DNA of 64,000 nt from Candidatus Binatia bacterium (GCA_963666515.2 OY762897.2:1254370-1318369), one strand, 5' to 3'; shown: positions 11,150 through 23,282, counted from the first letter of the stretch. Notes: generated from the sequence alone by a model not told the origin. Made by a program: numbers and translations.

Positions 11150-12721
11150 ATGGTCATCGGACACCCCACGGGCGTGCTGGTCCTGCCGCTGTTGGCTTTA
11201 CTCGGCGGACAGGCCATGGCGGTCATGGCCGATGCTGCCGGCGTGTGGCCGGTTACGTTGGTCTTGACCGCGTTCTCCTTGGCTTTCTGCTTCGTCAGAC
11301 CTCGTTGGGCAATTCTCGGCCTCGTTTGCGCGCTCGCGTTTCACTGGGGATTCGCCGCGCACCACGGGCTGCTCCATCCGCGGCTGCCCGCCGATCACAT
11401 TCAGCACCTCACCGGGCGCACTAGAGCCGTCCTCATCGAAGGGCGCCTCTACCGCGAGCCGGAAGGGCAGGGCGGCCGCAGCCGCTGGCATCTCGCCGCG
11501 GAACGGGAGTGGACCCGGGAAGGGGCGCGCGACGCCACTGGCAACGTGCGGGTGACTGTCCGCAATGCCTACCGCCACTGGCGCTACGGGGACGTGATAC
11601 GGGTGCCGTTGCGCCTGCGCGCGCCGAAGAACTGGGACGAACAGTTCGACTACACGGCCTACTTGGCGCGCCGCGGAATCTACCACGTGGCCTACCTGCA
11701 CAACGACTGGGAAGTGCGGCTGGTACGGCGCGAGGGCGGCGGCGCGCGCGACTGGATCGAGACCGGGCGGCGGCGCATCGGCCGGTTCCTGGAGCGCGTG
11801 TTCGAGCTGGAAGCCGGTGGTCTGCTCAAGGCGCTGGTGGTGGGGGACCGCGGCGGGCTCACCGCGGAGGTGCGGGACCGCTTTGTGGCCGTCGGCATGT
11901 CCCACGTGCTGTCCATATCAGGGCTGCACGTGGGCATGTTGAGCCTGGCGGTCTGGTTCCTCTGCCGCACGCTCGCCGCCCGCAGCACCTGGCTGCTCCT
12001 GCGCTTTCCGGTCCACAAGCTGGCGGCGCTCGGCTCGCTGGCGCCGGTCCTCCTCTACACCGCGGTGGCCGGCGCCCGCATACCGACGGTACGCGCCGCC
12101 ATCATGATCGGCTTGTACCAACTGGCGGTGCTGAGCGGGCGCAATGCAAGTATCTTCAGGAGCCTCACCCTGGCCGCCCTCATTGCCGCGTTGATCTGGC
12201 CGGGGGCCGTCATGGAGGCTTCCTTCCAGCTCTCCTTCCTGGCCGTGCTGTCCATCGCCGCAGGCATACGGATCTTCCGCGGAACGTCGTTCATGCAGCC
12301 GTCCCAGGCGCCGCGCGATGGTTGGCTGCAACGCTACCGTCCGGCCATTCTGCTGTCCGTCCTCGTCCCCGTATTCGCCACCCTCGGCACCGGGCCGATC
12401 GTGGCGCACCACTTCGGCATCCTCTCCCTAGCCGGCTTCATCGCCAACCCGCTGCTGGTGCCGCTGGTTGGATTCTTCATCGTTCCCGCGGGACTCCTCA
12501 CGGGCTTCCTGTGCCTGTTCGCACCCGCCGTTTCCACGCTCTTGGCACGCGTGGTCGAACCCGCCGCTACGCTTTTCCTCCGGGCCGTCGACCTCCTGGC
12601 CGGCTTTCCCATGGCCGCGTTCTCCCTTCCGCGTCCGGGTTGGGTGATGGTGGGGGCGAGCTACGTCCTCGTCCTGACGCTGGCCGCTGGCGTTCACCGG
12701 TTCCTCCGGCGGACACCGTGA
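11150..12721 (+). CDS. comEC: ComEC/Rec2 family competence membrane protein (no C-terminal metallo-beta-lactamase domain)
   Basis: Polytopic 523-aa protein with LKALVVGDRGGL...GMSHVLSISGLHVGML, typical of the ComEC competence domain. Confidence 0.85.
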   Translation: MVIGHPTGVLVLPLLALLGGQAMAVMADAAGVWPVTLVLTAFSLAFCFVRPRWAILGLVCALAFHWGFAAHHGLLHPRLPADHIQHLTGRTRAVLIEGRLYREPEGQGGRSRWHLAAEREWTREGARDATGNVRVTVRNAYRHWRYGDVIRVPLRLRAPKNWDEQFDYTAYLARRGIYHVAYLHNDWEVRLVRREGGGARDWIETGRRRIGRFLERVFELEAGGLLKALVVGDRGGLTAEVRDRFVAVGMSHVLSISGLHVGMLSLAVWFLCRTLAARSTWLLLRFPVHKLAALGSLAPVLLYTAVAGARIPTVRAAIMIGLYQLAVLSGRNASIFRSLTLAALIAALIWPGAVMEASFQLSFLAVLSIAAGIRIFRGTSFMQPSQAPRDGWLQRYRPAILLSVLVPVFATLGTGPIVAHHFGILSLAGFIANPLLVPLVGFFIVPAGLLTGFLCLFAPAVSTLLARVVEPAATLFLRAVDLLAGFPMAAFSLPRPGWVMVGASYVLVLTLAAGVHRFLRRTP

Positions 12722-12775
12722 AGTTACGACTTTCCCCAGGGACCGTTCAATGCCGGTTGGGTTCAAGGCACTTGA

Positions 12776-12805
12776 TTGGAAACACATACAAAATCACGGT
12801 ATAAC
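12776..12805 (+). promoter_or_regulatory. Candidate sigma70-type promoter of the Xre-RES pair
   Basis: TTGGAA (12776-12781), 18-nt spacer, TATAAC (12800-12805), in an AT-rich stretch. GAGG Shine-Dalgarno precedes the ATG at 12829. Confidence 0.4.
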
Positions 12806-12828
12806 AGGTAAAATATTGCGAGGTTGAT

Positions 12829-13179
12829 ATGCGCTTCAGTGAGTTCGTGACGGATCAGGTATTTTCTCCGGTACTCATCGCAGCAGCGCTCCGCACTACC
12901 AAGTCGGAGATCGCGGGGACTCTGGGGCTGGGTAGAGACGCGTTCTCGCGGGCCTCACGTATCCGAGCGCGGAAGACACAGGTTCGCCTCCGCCAGATGT
13001 TGGAGATTCTCAACCGGGTCGAGGCCGAAACCGGCTCACCGCTGGCGGCCTATGCCTGGTTCCGCTCCGCGCCGCTGCCCGGCTTCGGCGGCGCCACCGC
13101 GGATTCATTGTTGCGCCAAGGCAAGGCTGATCAGGTGCACGCCCATCTGGATCGGATCATGGCGGGCGGATACGCCTGA
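12829..13179 (+). CDS. Xre-like/DUF2384 antitoxin (ParS/MbcA-type)
   Basis: 116 aa. C-terminal AYAWFRSAPLPGFGGATADSLLRQGKADQVHAHLDRIMAGGYA matches the DUF2384 antitoxin pattern. Lies 11 nt upstream of a RES-domain gene. Confidence 0.8.
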   Translation: MRFSEFVTDQVFSPVLIAAALRTTKSEIAGTLGLGRDAFSRASRIRARKTQVRLRQMLEILNRVEAETGSPLAAYAWFRSAPLPGFGGATADSLLRQGKADQVHAHLDRIMAGGYA

Positions 13180-13190
13180 CCCGTCGTCCC

Positions 13191-13694
13191 ATGCGGTTCC
13201 GATGGATCGTGTATCGAGCCCACAATCCCCAATGGTCCTGGACACCGTTGTCGGGCGAGGGTGCACAACGCCACGGAGGACGCTTCAACCGGCGCGGGAT
13301 CCCCGCGCTCTACACCTCTCTGGACCCCATGACGGCGATTCGTGAGGCACAGCCGCTGGGCCGTTCCCTGCAACCCATCACGCTGTGCGCCTACGAGGTC
13401 GATGCCCACCCGGTGTTCGACACGGGCGACAGCTCTGAACGAGCAGCGCTGAAGGTAGCCGATTCTGAACTCGCCCGTCCGGTCTGGGAAGCGGAAATGC
13501 TGGAAGGTCGCGTTCCTGCGTCACAGAGGCTTGCCGACCGTCTGATCGAAGCCGGCTACGTTGGGATGCTCGTCCGAAGCTTTGCCGCCGGGCCCGGTAT
13601 CGATGAACTGAATCTGGTGCTCTGGCGATGGGGCGACGACCGCCCCAGCCGTGTGACCCTGATTGACGATGAAGGACGCCTTGTGCGGAACTGA
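13191..13694 (+). CDS. RES-domain toxin (ParT/MbcT-type, NAD+-targeting family)
   Basis: 167 aa. YRAHNPQW...GGRFNRRGIPALYTSLDPMTAIREA, plus the characteristic size and pairing with a DUF2384 partner. Confidence 0.85.
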   Translation: MRFRWIVYRAHNPQWSWTPLSGEGAQRHGGRFNRRGIPALYTSLDPMTAIREAQPLGRSLQPITLCAYEVDAHPVFDTGDSSERAALKVADSELARPVWEAEMLEGRVPASQRLADRLIEAGYVGMLVRSFAAGPGIDELNLVLWRWGDDRPSRVTLIDDEGRLVRN

Positions 13695-13890
13695 GAGCGG
13701 AACTGACAAAGCGTGAACGAAACCGGGAAGTTCGCCTTCTGTCAGGCGCAGCCCGTTTGTTTGACTTTCCGCCACGCCTCTGTTAGCTCGTAACCATCCT
13801 GGCAGCATGTGCTTGAATCCTCCTGCCATCGAAACCGACTCCCCTCAGGACAATGAAGATTGCGGCTTGGGCGCCCGTTTGGTGGTGCAT

Positions 13891-15144
13891 ATGAACCTGA
13901 CGCGTATCAAGGGTTTCGCCGACGTCCTGCCCGGCGACGTGGAGACGTGGCAACGGATCGAAAGGGCGGCGGAACGGGTATTTGCGAGCTACAACTTCAA
14001 GGAGATTCGCATACCTGTGCTGGAGAAGTCGGAGCTGTTCTCGCGTTCCCTGGGCGAGTCCACCGACGTCATCGAGAAGGAGATGTACACGTTCGCCGAC
14101 CGGGACTCCAAGGCGACGCTGTTGAGCCTCCGGCCCGAGGGCACCGCGGGGGTGGTGCGGGCGTACGGCGAAGGCAAGCTCCACCAAGTGGAGCCGGTGC
14201 GCAAGCTCTACTACCTGGGCCCTATGTTCCGCCGCGAGCGCCCCCAGAAGGGGCGGCTGCGGCAGTTCCACCAGATCGGCGCCGAGGTCTTCGGCCGGAC
14301 CGATCCCTACATCGACGCCGAGTTGCTGTTGCTGCTGCGGGACCTGTGGGAGGAGCTGGGGGTGGCGGACACGATCCTGGAGGTGAACTCCATCGGTTGC
14401 GCCGATTGCCGCCCCGGCTACCGCGCGGCGCTGGTGGCGTTCCTGGAGGGGCGCCGGGCCGAGCTGTGCGCCGACTGCGACCGCCGGCTGGAGAACAATC
14501 CGCTGCGGGTGCTGGACTGCAAGCGCCCGTCCTGCGGCGGAATCGTGGGCGCGGCGCCGTCGATCCTCTCCCACCTGTGTGATAACTGCCGGAGCCACTT
14601 CGACACGGTGCTGGAGCTGCTCCAGGATTTCCGGCCCGAGCCGGTGGTGAACCCGCGCCTGGTGCGCGGCCTGGACTACTACTGCCGGACCACGTTCGAG
14701 TGGAAGGCCGGCGCGGGCCTGGGGAGCCAGAACACGGTGGCCGCGGGCGGCCGCTACGACGGGCTGGTGCAGTCCCTGGGGGGGCCGCCGGTGGCGGGCG
14801 TGGGGTTCGCCCTGGGGGTGGAGCGCCTGGCGCTGCTCCTGTCGGAAGGGGACGCGGACGAAAGCGGCGCGCCGCTGCTCTATCTCGCCTGGATGGGTGA
14901 CGAGGCGCAACGCTGGACGTTCGACTTGGCCCACCGGCTGCGCCGGCGCGGCCGGCGGGTGGAGTTGGAAGGAGAGGCCCGGAGCCTCAAGAGCCAGATG
15001 CGGCGCGCCGACAAGCAGGGGGCGAGCGTGGTGCTCATCGTCGGCCCCGACGAGATGGCCAAGGGCTTGGCGCTGGTGCGCCACATGGCGACCAAGGAAC
15101 AGGCCGAGGTGGATTTCGCGGACGTCGAGGAAAGTCTCGGGTGA
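13891..15144 (+). CDS. hisS: Histidine--tRNA ligase
   Basis: Start set at [14 protein letters not shown]. Class II motif 2 [26 protein letters not shown] motif present. Confidence 0.9.
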   Translation: MNLTRIKGFADVLPGDVETWQRIERAAERVFASYNFKEIRIPVLEKSELFSRSLGESTDVIEKEMYTFADRDSKATLLSLRPEGTAGVVRAYGEGKLHQVEPVRKLYYLGPMFRRERPQKGRLRQFHQIGAEVFGRTDPYIDAELLLLLRDLWEELGVADTILEVNSIGCADCRPGYRAALVAFLEGRRAELCADCDRRLENNPLRVLDCKRPSCGGIVGAAPSILSHLCDNCRSHFDTVLELLQDFRPEPVVNPRLVRGLDYYCRTTFEWKAGAGLGSQNTVAAGGRYDGLVQSLGGPPVAGVGFALGVERLALLLSEGDADESGAPLLYLAWMGDEAQRWTFDLAHRLRRRGRRVELEGEARSLKSQMRRADKQGASVVLIVGPDEMAKGLALVRHMATKEQAEVDFADVEESLG

Positions 15145-15193
15145 ACAGGTGAGCCCTTCGGGGGAACACGTGAACAAGCGGAATGTGGATCTG

Positions 15194-16966
15194 ATGGGCG
15201 ACTGGCAGCGGAGCTGCCGCTGCGGCGAGCCGGGCGAGGGCGACGTGGGCCGGGCGTTGACCCTGATGGGCTGGACCCAGTCCGTGCGGGACCACGGCGG
15301 CCTCCTCTTCATCGACCTCCGGGACCGTTCCGGCGTGGTCCAGGTGGTGCTGAACCCCGAGGTGACGCCCGAGTCCCACGACAAGGCCAAGCGGGTGCGT
15401 TCCGAGGACGTGCTGGCGGTACGCGGGACCCTGGTGCACCGTTCCGAGGAGACCGTGAACCCGAACCTCGCCACCGGCGCGGTGGAGCTGATGGCGCAGG
15501 AACTGCGCGTGCTGAACCCGTCGCGGGTGCCGCCGTTCCAGGTGGACGACGACGTCGAGCCCACCGAGACCAGTCGTTTCCGCTACCGCTACCTGGACCT
15601 GCGTCGGCCGCGCAGCCTGCGCCCGCTGGAGATCCGCCACCGCATGCTGTCCGCGGTCCGCGACCACCTGAACGGCCTGTCGTTCATGGAGGTGGAGACC
15701 CCGGTGCTTACCAAGAGCACGCCGGAAGGCGCGCGCGACTACCTGGTGCCGAGCCGCATTCACCCGGGCAAGTTCTACGCGCTGCCGCAGTCGCCCCAGC
15801 TCTTCAAGCAGATCCTCATGGTGGGCGGGGTGGACCGCTACTTCCAGATCGTGCGCTGCTTCCGCGACGAGGACCTGCGCATGGACCGGCAGCCCGAGTT
15901 CACCCAGCTCGACATCGAGATGTCCTTCGTGCAGCCCGAGGACGTCTTCGCCATGGTCGAGGGCATGATGGCGCGGGTGTTCCGGGAGGTCCGTGGGATC
16001 GAGCTGGAGACGCCGTTTCGCCGCCTGAGTTGGGAGGAGGCCATGGGTCGGTACGGCACCGACAAGCCCGACCTCCGCTTCGGCCTGGAACTGGTGGAGC
16101 TGTCGGACACGTTCCGCGAATCCAAGGTGGCCATCTTCACGCGCGCGCTGGCCTCCGGCGGCATCGTCAAGGGCCTGCGGGCGCCCGGCGCCGGCAACCT
16201 CTCGCGCAAGGAGCTGGACGACCTCACCGAGCTGGTGGGCCGTTACGGCGCCAAGGGGCTCGCCTGGATCAAGGTCACCGGCAGCGAGTGGCAGTCGCCG
16301 CTCACCAAGTTCCTGAGCGAGGCCGAGAAGGACGCGCTCCGCAACCTCACGGGCGTGCAGCCCGGCGACGTGATCTTCATGCTCGCCGACGACTTCGACA
16401 TCGTCAACGAGGGCCTCGCCAACCTGCGGCTGGAGATGGGCCGGCGGCTCGGGCTTGTGCAGGAGGGCGTCCAGGCGTTCGCGTGGGTCCTCGACTTCCC
16501 GCTTGTGGAGTGGAAGAAAGCCGAAAGCCGCTACACCGCGGTACACCACCCGTTCACCGCCCCGCGGGAACAGGACCTGCCGCTACTGGAATCCGACCCC
16601 GCCCGGGTGAAATCCCGCGCCTACGACCTGGTGCTCAACGGCATGGAGCTGGGCGGCGGCAGCATCCGGATCCACTCCCCAGAGTTGCAGCGGCGGGTGC
16701 TGGCGCTGCTCGACGTGAACCCCGACACAGTGGAGGAGCAGTTCGGCTTCCTCCTGGAAGCGCTGGACCTCGGCGCCCCGCCCCACGGCGGCATCGCCTT
16801 CGGCGTCGACCGCCTGGCCATGCTCCTGAGCGATTCCCCCGCCATCCGCGACGTCATCGCCTTCCCCAAGAGCCAGCGCGCCGTGTGCATGCTGACGGAG
16901 GCGCCCACCGGGGTGGACGCGCGCCAGCTTTTGGAGCTGCAGATCAGGACGTTGGCCGGGGAGTGA
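15194..16966 (+). CDS. aspS: Aspartate--tRNA ligase
   Basis: Start set at the ATG after the hisS stop (MGDWQRS...). OB-fold [50 protein letters not shown] and [13 protein letters not shown] motifs. Confidence 0.9.
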   Translation: MGDWQRSCRCGEPGEGDVGRALTLMGWTQSVRDHGGLLFIDLRDRSGVVQVVLNPEVTPESHDKAKRVRSEDVLAVRGTLVHRSEETVNPNLATGAVELMAQELRVLNPSRVPPFQVDDDVEPTETSRFRYRYLDLRRPRSLRPLEIRHRMLSAVRDHLNGLSFMEVETPVLTKSTPEGARDYLVPSRIHPGKFYALPQSPQLFKQILMVGGVDRYFQIVRCFRDEDLRMDRQPEFTQLDIEMSFVQPEDVFAMVEGMMARVFREVRGIELETPFRRLSWEEAMGRYGTDKPDLRFGLELVELSDTFRESKVAIFTRALASGGIVKGLRAPGAGNLSRKELDDLTELVGRYGAKGLAWIKVTGSEWQSPLTKFLSEAEKDALRNLTGVQPGDVIFMLADDFDIVNEGLANLRLEMGRRLGLVQEGVQAFAWVLDFPLVEWKKAESRYTAVHHPFTAPREQDLPLLESDPARVKSRAYDLVLNGMELGGGSIRIHSPELQRRVLALLDVNPDTVEEQFGFLLEALDLGAPPHGGIAFGVDRLAMLLSDSPAIRDVIAFPKSQRAVCMLTEAPTGVDARQLLELQIRTLAGE

Positions 16967-17109
16967 GCACGCCTACGAAGCAACAGGGACGAAACGGAGG
17001 GTAACGTCAGGCTGGGCGAACTATATCAAGCCCGAAAAGGGCACCCGACATCCGTAATTTCGACTGTCAATACGGAGATGTCAAGATCAGGCCCAGGTGA
17101 TATGCGCTT

Positions 17110-17643
17110 CTATCGATTCGTCCCGTACCGCGCCAGTTCGGTCAGATAGGTCAGCGTCGTGAGGTCGGGCATGCGGTCCATGTAGACGTGGCCGCGCAGG
17201 TGGTCCACCTCGTGCTGGATGACACGCGCGTGGAAACCTTCGGCAACGAAGTCCAACGAGTTGCCGTCCCGGTCCAGCGCGGTGACCCGCAGCCGCTTGT
17301 AGCGGGGCACCAGGCCGCGGATGTCGGGGATGCTCAGACACCCCTCCCAGTCGTCTTCGGTTTCGTCGCCCAGCGGCGCGATATCGGGATTGATGAGGAC
17401 GGAAAGGGGCACGGCGTCCTTGCCGGGGTAGCGGGCGTTTTCGGCTACCTCCAGCACCGCCACCTGCATGGATTCGTGGACCTGCACCGCGGCCAAGCCG
17501 ACTCCTTGATACTCGCGCATGGTGACCACCATGTCGTCGATGAAGCGCTGGAAATCCGGCTGCCTTACGGCTTCGGCAGGAACTTGGCGGGCAGGCGTGC
17601 GCAGCACGGGATTGCCCAGGCGGGCGACCTTGAGAATGGCCAT
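17110..17643 (-). CDS. def: Peptide deformylase
   Basis: MAILKVARLGNPVLR start. Motifs GVGLAAVQV, EGCLSIP and HEVDHL. Confidence 0.9.
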   Translation of the reverse strand: MAILKVARLGNPVLRTPARQVPAEAVRQPDFQRFIDDMVVTMREYQGVGLAAVQVHESMQVAVLEVAENARYPGKDAVPLSVLINPDIAPLGDETEDDWEGCLSIPDIRGLVPRYKRLRVTALDRDGNSLDFVAEGFHARVIQHEVDHLRGHVYMDRMPDLTTLTYLTELARYGTNR

Positions 17644-17757
17644 CCGGCCTTGGTAGCACGGCGGTTTCAGGGCCTTCAAGCCGCCTTCCTGTCCGGTCCG
17701 AAGCCTTGCTGAATGTTGAAGTCAAGAGCCCTGGATCCGGTGGCGGACAGGGTCGGT

Positions 17758-17817
17758 GTTTGACAACATGGACGTTTTAGGTCTACGTTTGACACACGAC
17801 GTTTGCGCACGGAAGAT
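17758..17817 (+). promoter_or_regulatory. Tandem GTTTGACA..GACGTTT repeats plus candidate promoter upstream of the Rrf2-suf operon
   Basis: gtttgacaacatggacgttt (17758-17777) and gtttgacacacgacgttt (17787-17804). The second TTGACA (17789-17794) is followed by a 17-nt spacer and GAAGAT (17812-17817). Confidence 0.35.
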
Positions 17818-17924
17818 CTCTCGGGAGTTCTGATCCATAGCTTCGAACCAGTTTCGTCAGGGGATCCGGCATGCAAGAAACCGCTGTGAATTCCGTCAGA
17901 ACCACGGCCGACCGAAGCTCGCTG

Positions 17925-18359
17925 ATGAACATCGGCAGGAAGGTCGACTATGCCGTGCGCGCGCTTTCGTATCTGGCCGCCCAGCCGCACCTCTGGGTGG
18001 TGGGCAGCAAGGAGATCGCGGCGCGGCAGGACATTCCGACACACTACATGTCGAAGATCATGAAGGATCTCGCCGCGGCTGGGCTGGTTCAGTCTCATGT
18101 GGGCCGGAAGGGCGGCTTCAGCCTGGCGCGGCCGGCGGAGTCCATCAGCGTCAAGGAAGTCTACGAAGCCGTGGAGAAGCCGTTGAGCCTGATGGAGTGC
18201 CTGGATAATCACTGCTGCCCCTACGATTCCGTGTGCACGCAGATTTCCGTGTGGGAGCGGGCGCAGATGCTATTGGTGGAATACCTGGCGGGGGTCTCCA
18301 TCGGGAGCCTCGCCGACCGCGAAGGCCTCAAGGGCCGCTTGAACGGGCTGCACAGTTGA
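17925..18359 (+). CDS. Rrf2 family transcriptional regulator (IscR/SufR-like, Cys-rich)
   Basis: Start set at MNIGRKVDYAVRALSYLA (Rrf2 wHTH). Cys cluster ECLDNHCCPYDSVC suggests Fe-S ligation. First gene of the suf cluster. Confidence 0.85.
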   Translation: MNIGRKVDYAVRALSYLAAQPHLWVVGSKEIAARQDIPTHYMSKIMKDLAAAGLVQSHVGRKGGFSLARPAESISVKEVYEAVEKPLSLMECLDNHCCPYDSVCTQISVWERAQMLLVEYLAGVSIGSLADREGLKGRLNGLHS

Positions 18360-18404
18360 ATTTTTTAAGCTGAAGGCGGACCCTTCCGGTCCATCTTCGG
18401 ACGG

Positions 18405-19871
<1,467 letters not shown>

Positions 19872-19939
19872 GAGCGTGTCCGGGCAGTCGAATGCAGTGA
19901 GGGCAGGGCGACCGGCCGGTCGCCCACCAGGTGAAAAGA

Positions 19940-20704
19940 ATGCTTGAAGTTCGCAATTTGCATGCGCGCGTGGAGGGGAAAGAAATCCTTCGCGGCATCG
20001 ACCTGACGGTGAAGGCGGGAGAGGTCCACGCCATCATGGGTCCCAACGGCTCGGGCAAGAGCACCCTGGCGCAGGTGCTGGCCGGGCGCGATACCTATGA
20101 GGTCACCGCCGGCGAGGTCCGGTACAAGGGTGAGGACCTGCTCGGCATGGCGCCGGAGCTGCGGGCGGTCGAGGGGATATTCCTGGGCTTCCAGTACCCG
20201 GTGGAGATCCCGGGGCTGAACAGCCTCTACTTCCTGCGCGCGGCGGTCAACGCGGCCCGCGCCCACCGCGGCGAGGACGAGCTGGACGCGGTGGACTTCA
20301 TGGCCCTGGCCAAGGAGAAGATGAAGGCCGTGGAGATGGGCGAGGACCTGTTGCGGCGGCCGGTCAACGCGGGGTTCTCCGGCGGCGAGAAGAAGCGCGC
20401 CGAGATCTTCCAGATGACCGTGCTGGAGCCCACCCTGGCGATCCTGGACGAGACCGATTCCGGCCTGGACATCGACGCCTTGAAGGTCGTGTCCCACGGC
20501 ATCAACCTGTTCCGCGGCCCCGAGCGCGCCATCGTCCTGGTGACCCACTACCAGCGGCTGCTCAACTACGTGGTGCCCGACGTGGTCCACGTCATCCACA
20601 ACGGGCGGCTGGTGAAGTCCGGCGGCAAGGAGCTGGCCCGGGAGCTGGAGGACACCGGCTATTCTTGGGTGGAGGACGCGGCGGGCCGGGGGACCGGGGT
20701 ATGA
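19940..20704 (+). CDS. sufC: Fe-S cluster assembly ATPase SufC
   Basis: MLEVRNLHA start (an alternative GTG lies at 19931). Walker A GPNGSGKSTLA. FSGGEKKR signature. Confidence 0.9.
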   Translation: MLEVRNLHARVEGKEILRGIDLTVKAGEVHAIMGPNGSGKSTLAQVLAGRDTYEVTAGEVRYKGEDLLGMAPELRAVEGIFLGFQYPVEIPGLNSLYFLRAAVNAARAHRGEDELDAVDFMALAKEKMKAVEMGEDLLRRPVNAGFSGGEKKRAEIFQMTVLEPTLAILDETDSGLDIDALKVVSHGINLFRGPERAIVLVTHYQRLLNYVVPDVVHVIHNGRLVKSGGKELARELEDTGYSWVEDAAGRGTGV

Positions 20705-22008
20705 CGGAGACCGCGGGAGAGCAGCAGGGATACCTCGAGGATTTCGAGAAACTCGCGGCGCGGGCCTCGCGCAACGGCGGCGCCTGGGTCGGCGACCTGC
20801 GCCGCCGGGCCATGGACCGCTTCCGCTCCCTGGGGTTTCCGACGACCCGCGCCGAGGAGTGGAAGTACACGAGCCTGGAGGCGCTGCGAAGGGCGTGTCT
20901 GCGTACCGCTGACGCGACGGTGTCGAGCGCGGCACTGGGGCGCGACCCGTTCGATTCCGGCGGGTGGAAGCGCTACGAGTTGACGTTCCCTTGGACCGGC
21001 GAAGGCGCTGGCGAGGGACGCGACGAGGACATCTTCGTCGGCCGTCTGGCCGACGCCGTGGAGCAGCGGCTCCCGTGGGTGGAAGCGCATCTTGGACGCC
21101 ACGCCGACTATGACGGGCACGCGCTCCGGGCGCTCAACACCGCGTTCCTGGAAGACGGCGGCGCGGTCCGGCTGGGCTCCGGGCGGACTCTCGACCGGCC
21201 CGTCCGCCTGGTCTTTCTCGCCGGCCCAGGGCAGCCCTCCAACCGCATCGTGCACCCGCGCGCGCTGGTGGTGGTGGGCGCGGGCAGCCGGTTGACGCTG
21301 GTGGAGGCCTACGCCGGTTCCGGCGACGCAGTCTACTGCACCAACGCCGTCACCGAGATCGTGCTGGAGGACGACGCCGAGTTGGACCATTACCGGTTGG
21401 TGCGCGAGGGCGCAGGCGCATTCCATCTGGGGACTGTCCAGGTGCATCAGGCGCGCAACAGCCGCTACCGGTCGCTTTCCGTCACGTCAGGCGGGAGCAT
21501 GACCCGGGTGGAGATCAACGCCCTGCTCGACGGCGAGGGGGCCGACTGCCTGCTCCGGGGCCTCTACGTCGCCGGCGGCGCGCAGCACGTGGACAACCGC
21601 ACCGCCATCGAGCACGCCAAGCCCCACGGCACCAGCCGCGAACTGTACAAGGGGGTGCTGAGCGGACGGTCGCGGGCGGTGTTCAACGGCAAGATCGTCG
21701 TGCGCAAGGAAGCGCAGAAGACCGACGCGCAACAGTCCAACAAGAACCTGATGCTCTCCCGCGACGCGGAGATCGACAGCAAGCCGCAGTTGGAGATCCT
21801 GGCCGACGACGTCCGCTGCTCCCACGGCACCACCATCGGCCAACTGGAAGAGGACGAGCTTTTCTACCTGCGGTCGCGGGGACTGAACGAAGGGCTGGCC
21901 AGGGAATTGCTGGTCCACGGTTTCGCCGGCGAAATCCTCGACGGAATCGCCATCGAGCCGTTGCGCGACCGTGTCGAGAACGGAGTACTCTCCGAGCTGG
22001 GGGCGTGA
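20701..22008 (+). CDS. sufD: Fe-S cluster assembly protein SufD
   Basis: ATGA overlap with the sufC stop. C-terminal beta-helix region similar to SufB (SKPQLEILADDVRCSHGTTIGQL). Confidence 0.85.
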   Translation: MTETAGEQQGYLEDFEKLAARASRNGGAWVGDLRRRAMDRFRSLGFPTTRAEEWKYTSLEALRRACLRTADATVSSAALGRDPFDSGGWKRYELTFPWTGEGAGEGRDEDIFVGRLADAVEQRLPWVEAHLGRHADYDGHALRALNTAFLEDGGAVRLGSGRTLDRPVRLVFLAGPGQPSNRIVHPRALVVVGAGSRLTLVEAYAGSGDAVYCTNAVTEIVLEDDAELDHYRLVREGAGAFHLGTVQVHQARNSRYRSLSVTSGGSMTRVEINALLDGEGADCLLRGLYVAGGAQHVDNRTAIEHAKPHGTSRELYKGVLSGRSRAVFNGKIVVRKEAQKTDAQQSNKNLMLSRDAEIDSKPQLEILADDVRCSHGTTIGQLEEDELFYLRSRGLNEGLARELLVHGFAGEILDGIAIEPLRDRVENGVLSELGA

Positions 22009-23282
22009 CACGCATGGCACGGGTGAAGACGGCAGAGTGGAACAAGGCCGAAGGCAACGGCTTCGACGTGGCGCGGGTGCGCGAGAATTTCCCGATCCTC
22101 GGCGAGACCGTCCACGGCAAGCCCCTGGTCTACCTGGACAACGCCGCCACCGCGCAGAAGCCGAGGGCGGTGATCGAGCGCGTCGCGCGCTACTACGAGA
22201 CCGAGAACTCCAACATCCACCGCGGCGTGCACCGGCTGAGCGAGCAGGCCACCCGCGCCTACGAGGACGCCCGCGCCGCGGTGCGGCGTTTCCTCAACGC
22301 CGCCCACGACCGGGAGATCGTGTTCGTGCGGGGCGCCACCGAGGCCATCAACCTCGTCGCCCGGTGCTACGGCGGCGCCAACCTGGAGGCCGGGGACGAG
22401 GTGGTGATCTCCGCCATGGAGCACCATTCCAACATCGTGCCGTGGCAGCTCATCTGCCAGGAGAAGGGCGCGGTGCTCCGGGTCATTCCGGTGGACGACC
22501 GCGGCGACGTGGTCATGGAAGACTACCACCGCCTGCTGGGGCCGCGCACCCGCATCGTGGCGTTGCCGCACGTCTCCAACGCGCTGGGCACGGTGAACCC
22601 CGTCAAGGAGATGATCGCCGACGCCCACCGGGCCGGCGTTCCGGTGCTCATCGACGGCGCCCAGGGCGCCCCCCACGCAGGGGTGGACGTGCAGGACCTC
22701 GACTGCGACTTCTACGCCTTCTCCAGCCACAAGCTCTACGGCCCCACCGGCGTCGGCGTGCTTTACGGCAAGGCCGGCCTGCTGGAGGCCATGCCGCCCT
22801 ACCAGGGCGGCGGCGACATGATCCTCACGGTGAGCTTCGAGGCCACCGAGTACAACGCACTGCCCTACAAGTTCGAGGCCGGCACTCCCAACATCGCCGG
22901 GGTCATCGGCCTGGGCGCGGCCGTCGAGTACCTCGCCGGCCTCGGCATCGAGGCGGTGGCGGCGCACGAGGACCGGGTGCTGGCGTATGCGGTGGAGCGG
23001 CTCACGTCCATGCCCGGCCTGCGGCTCATCGGCACGCCCGAACGGCGGGCGTCGCTGGTATCGTTCGTTTTCGGCGACGTGCACGCCCACGACATCGGCA
23101 CCATCCTGGACCAGGACGGCATCGCCGTGCGCACCGGACACCATTGCGCCATGCCGGTGATGGACCGCTTCTGCGTGCCCGCCACCGTGCGCGCGTCGTT
23201 CGCGTGCTACAACACCGAGGCCGAGGTGGACGCGCTGGCGGAGGGGCTCGACAAGGTAAGGAGGCTGTTCGACGGTGTCTGA
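22005..23282 (+). CDS. sufS: Cysteine desulfurase SufS (class II)
   Basis: GTGA overlap with sufD (an alternative ATG lies at 22014). VYLDNAATAQKP. PLP-lysine region FSSHKLYGPTG. Active-site RTGHHCAMP. Confidence 0.9.
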   Translation: MTRMARVKTAEWNKAEGNGFDVARVRENFPILGETVHGKPLVYLDNAATAQKPRAVIERVARYYETENSNIHRGVHRLSEQATRAYEDARAAVRRFLNAAHDREIVFVRGATEAINLVARCYGGANLEAGDEVVISAMEHHSNIVPWQLICQEKGAVLRVIPVDDRGDVVMEDYHRLLGPRTRIVALPHVSNALGTVNPVKEMIADAHRAGVPVLIDGAQGAPHAGVDVQDLDCDFYAFSSHKLYGPTGVGVLYGKAGLLEAMPPYQGGGDMILTVSFEATEYNALPYKFEAGTPNIAGVIGLGAAVEYLAGLGIEAVAAHEDRVLAYAVERLTSMPGLRLIGTPERRASLVSFVFGDVHAHDIGTILDQDGIAVRTGHHCAMPVMDRFCVPATVRASFACYNTEAEVDALAEGLDKVRRLFDGV

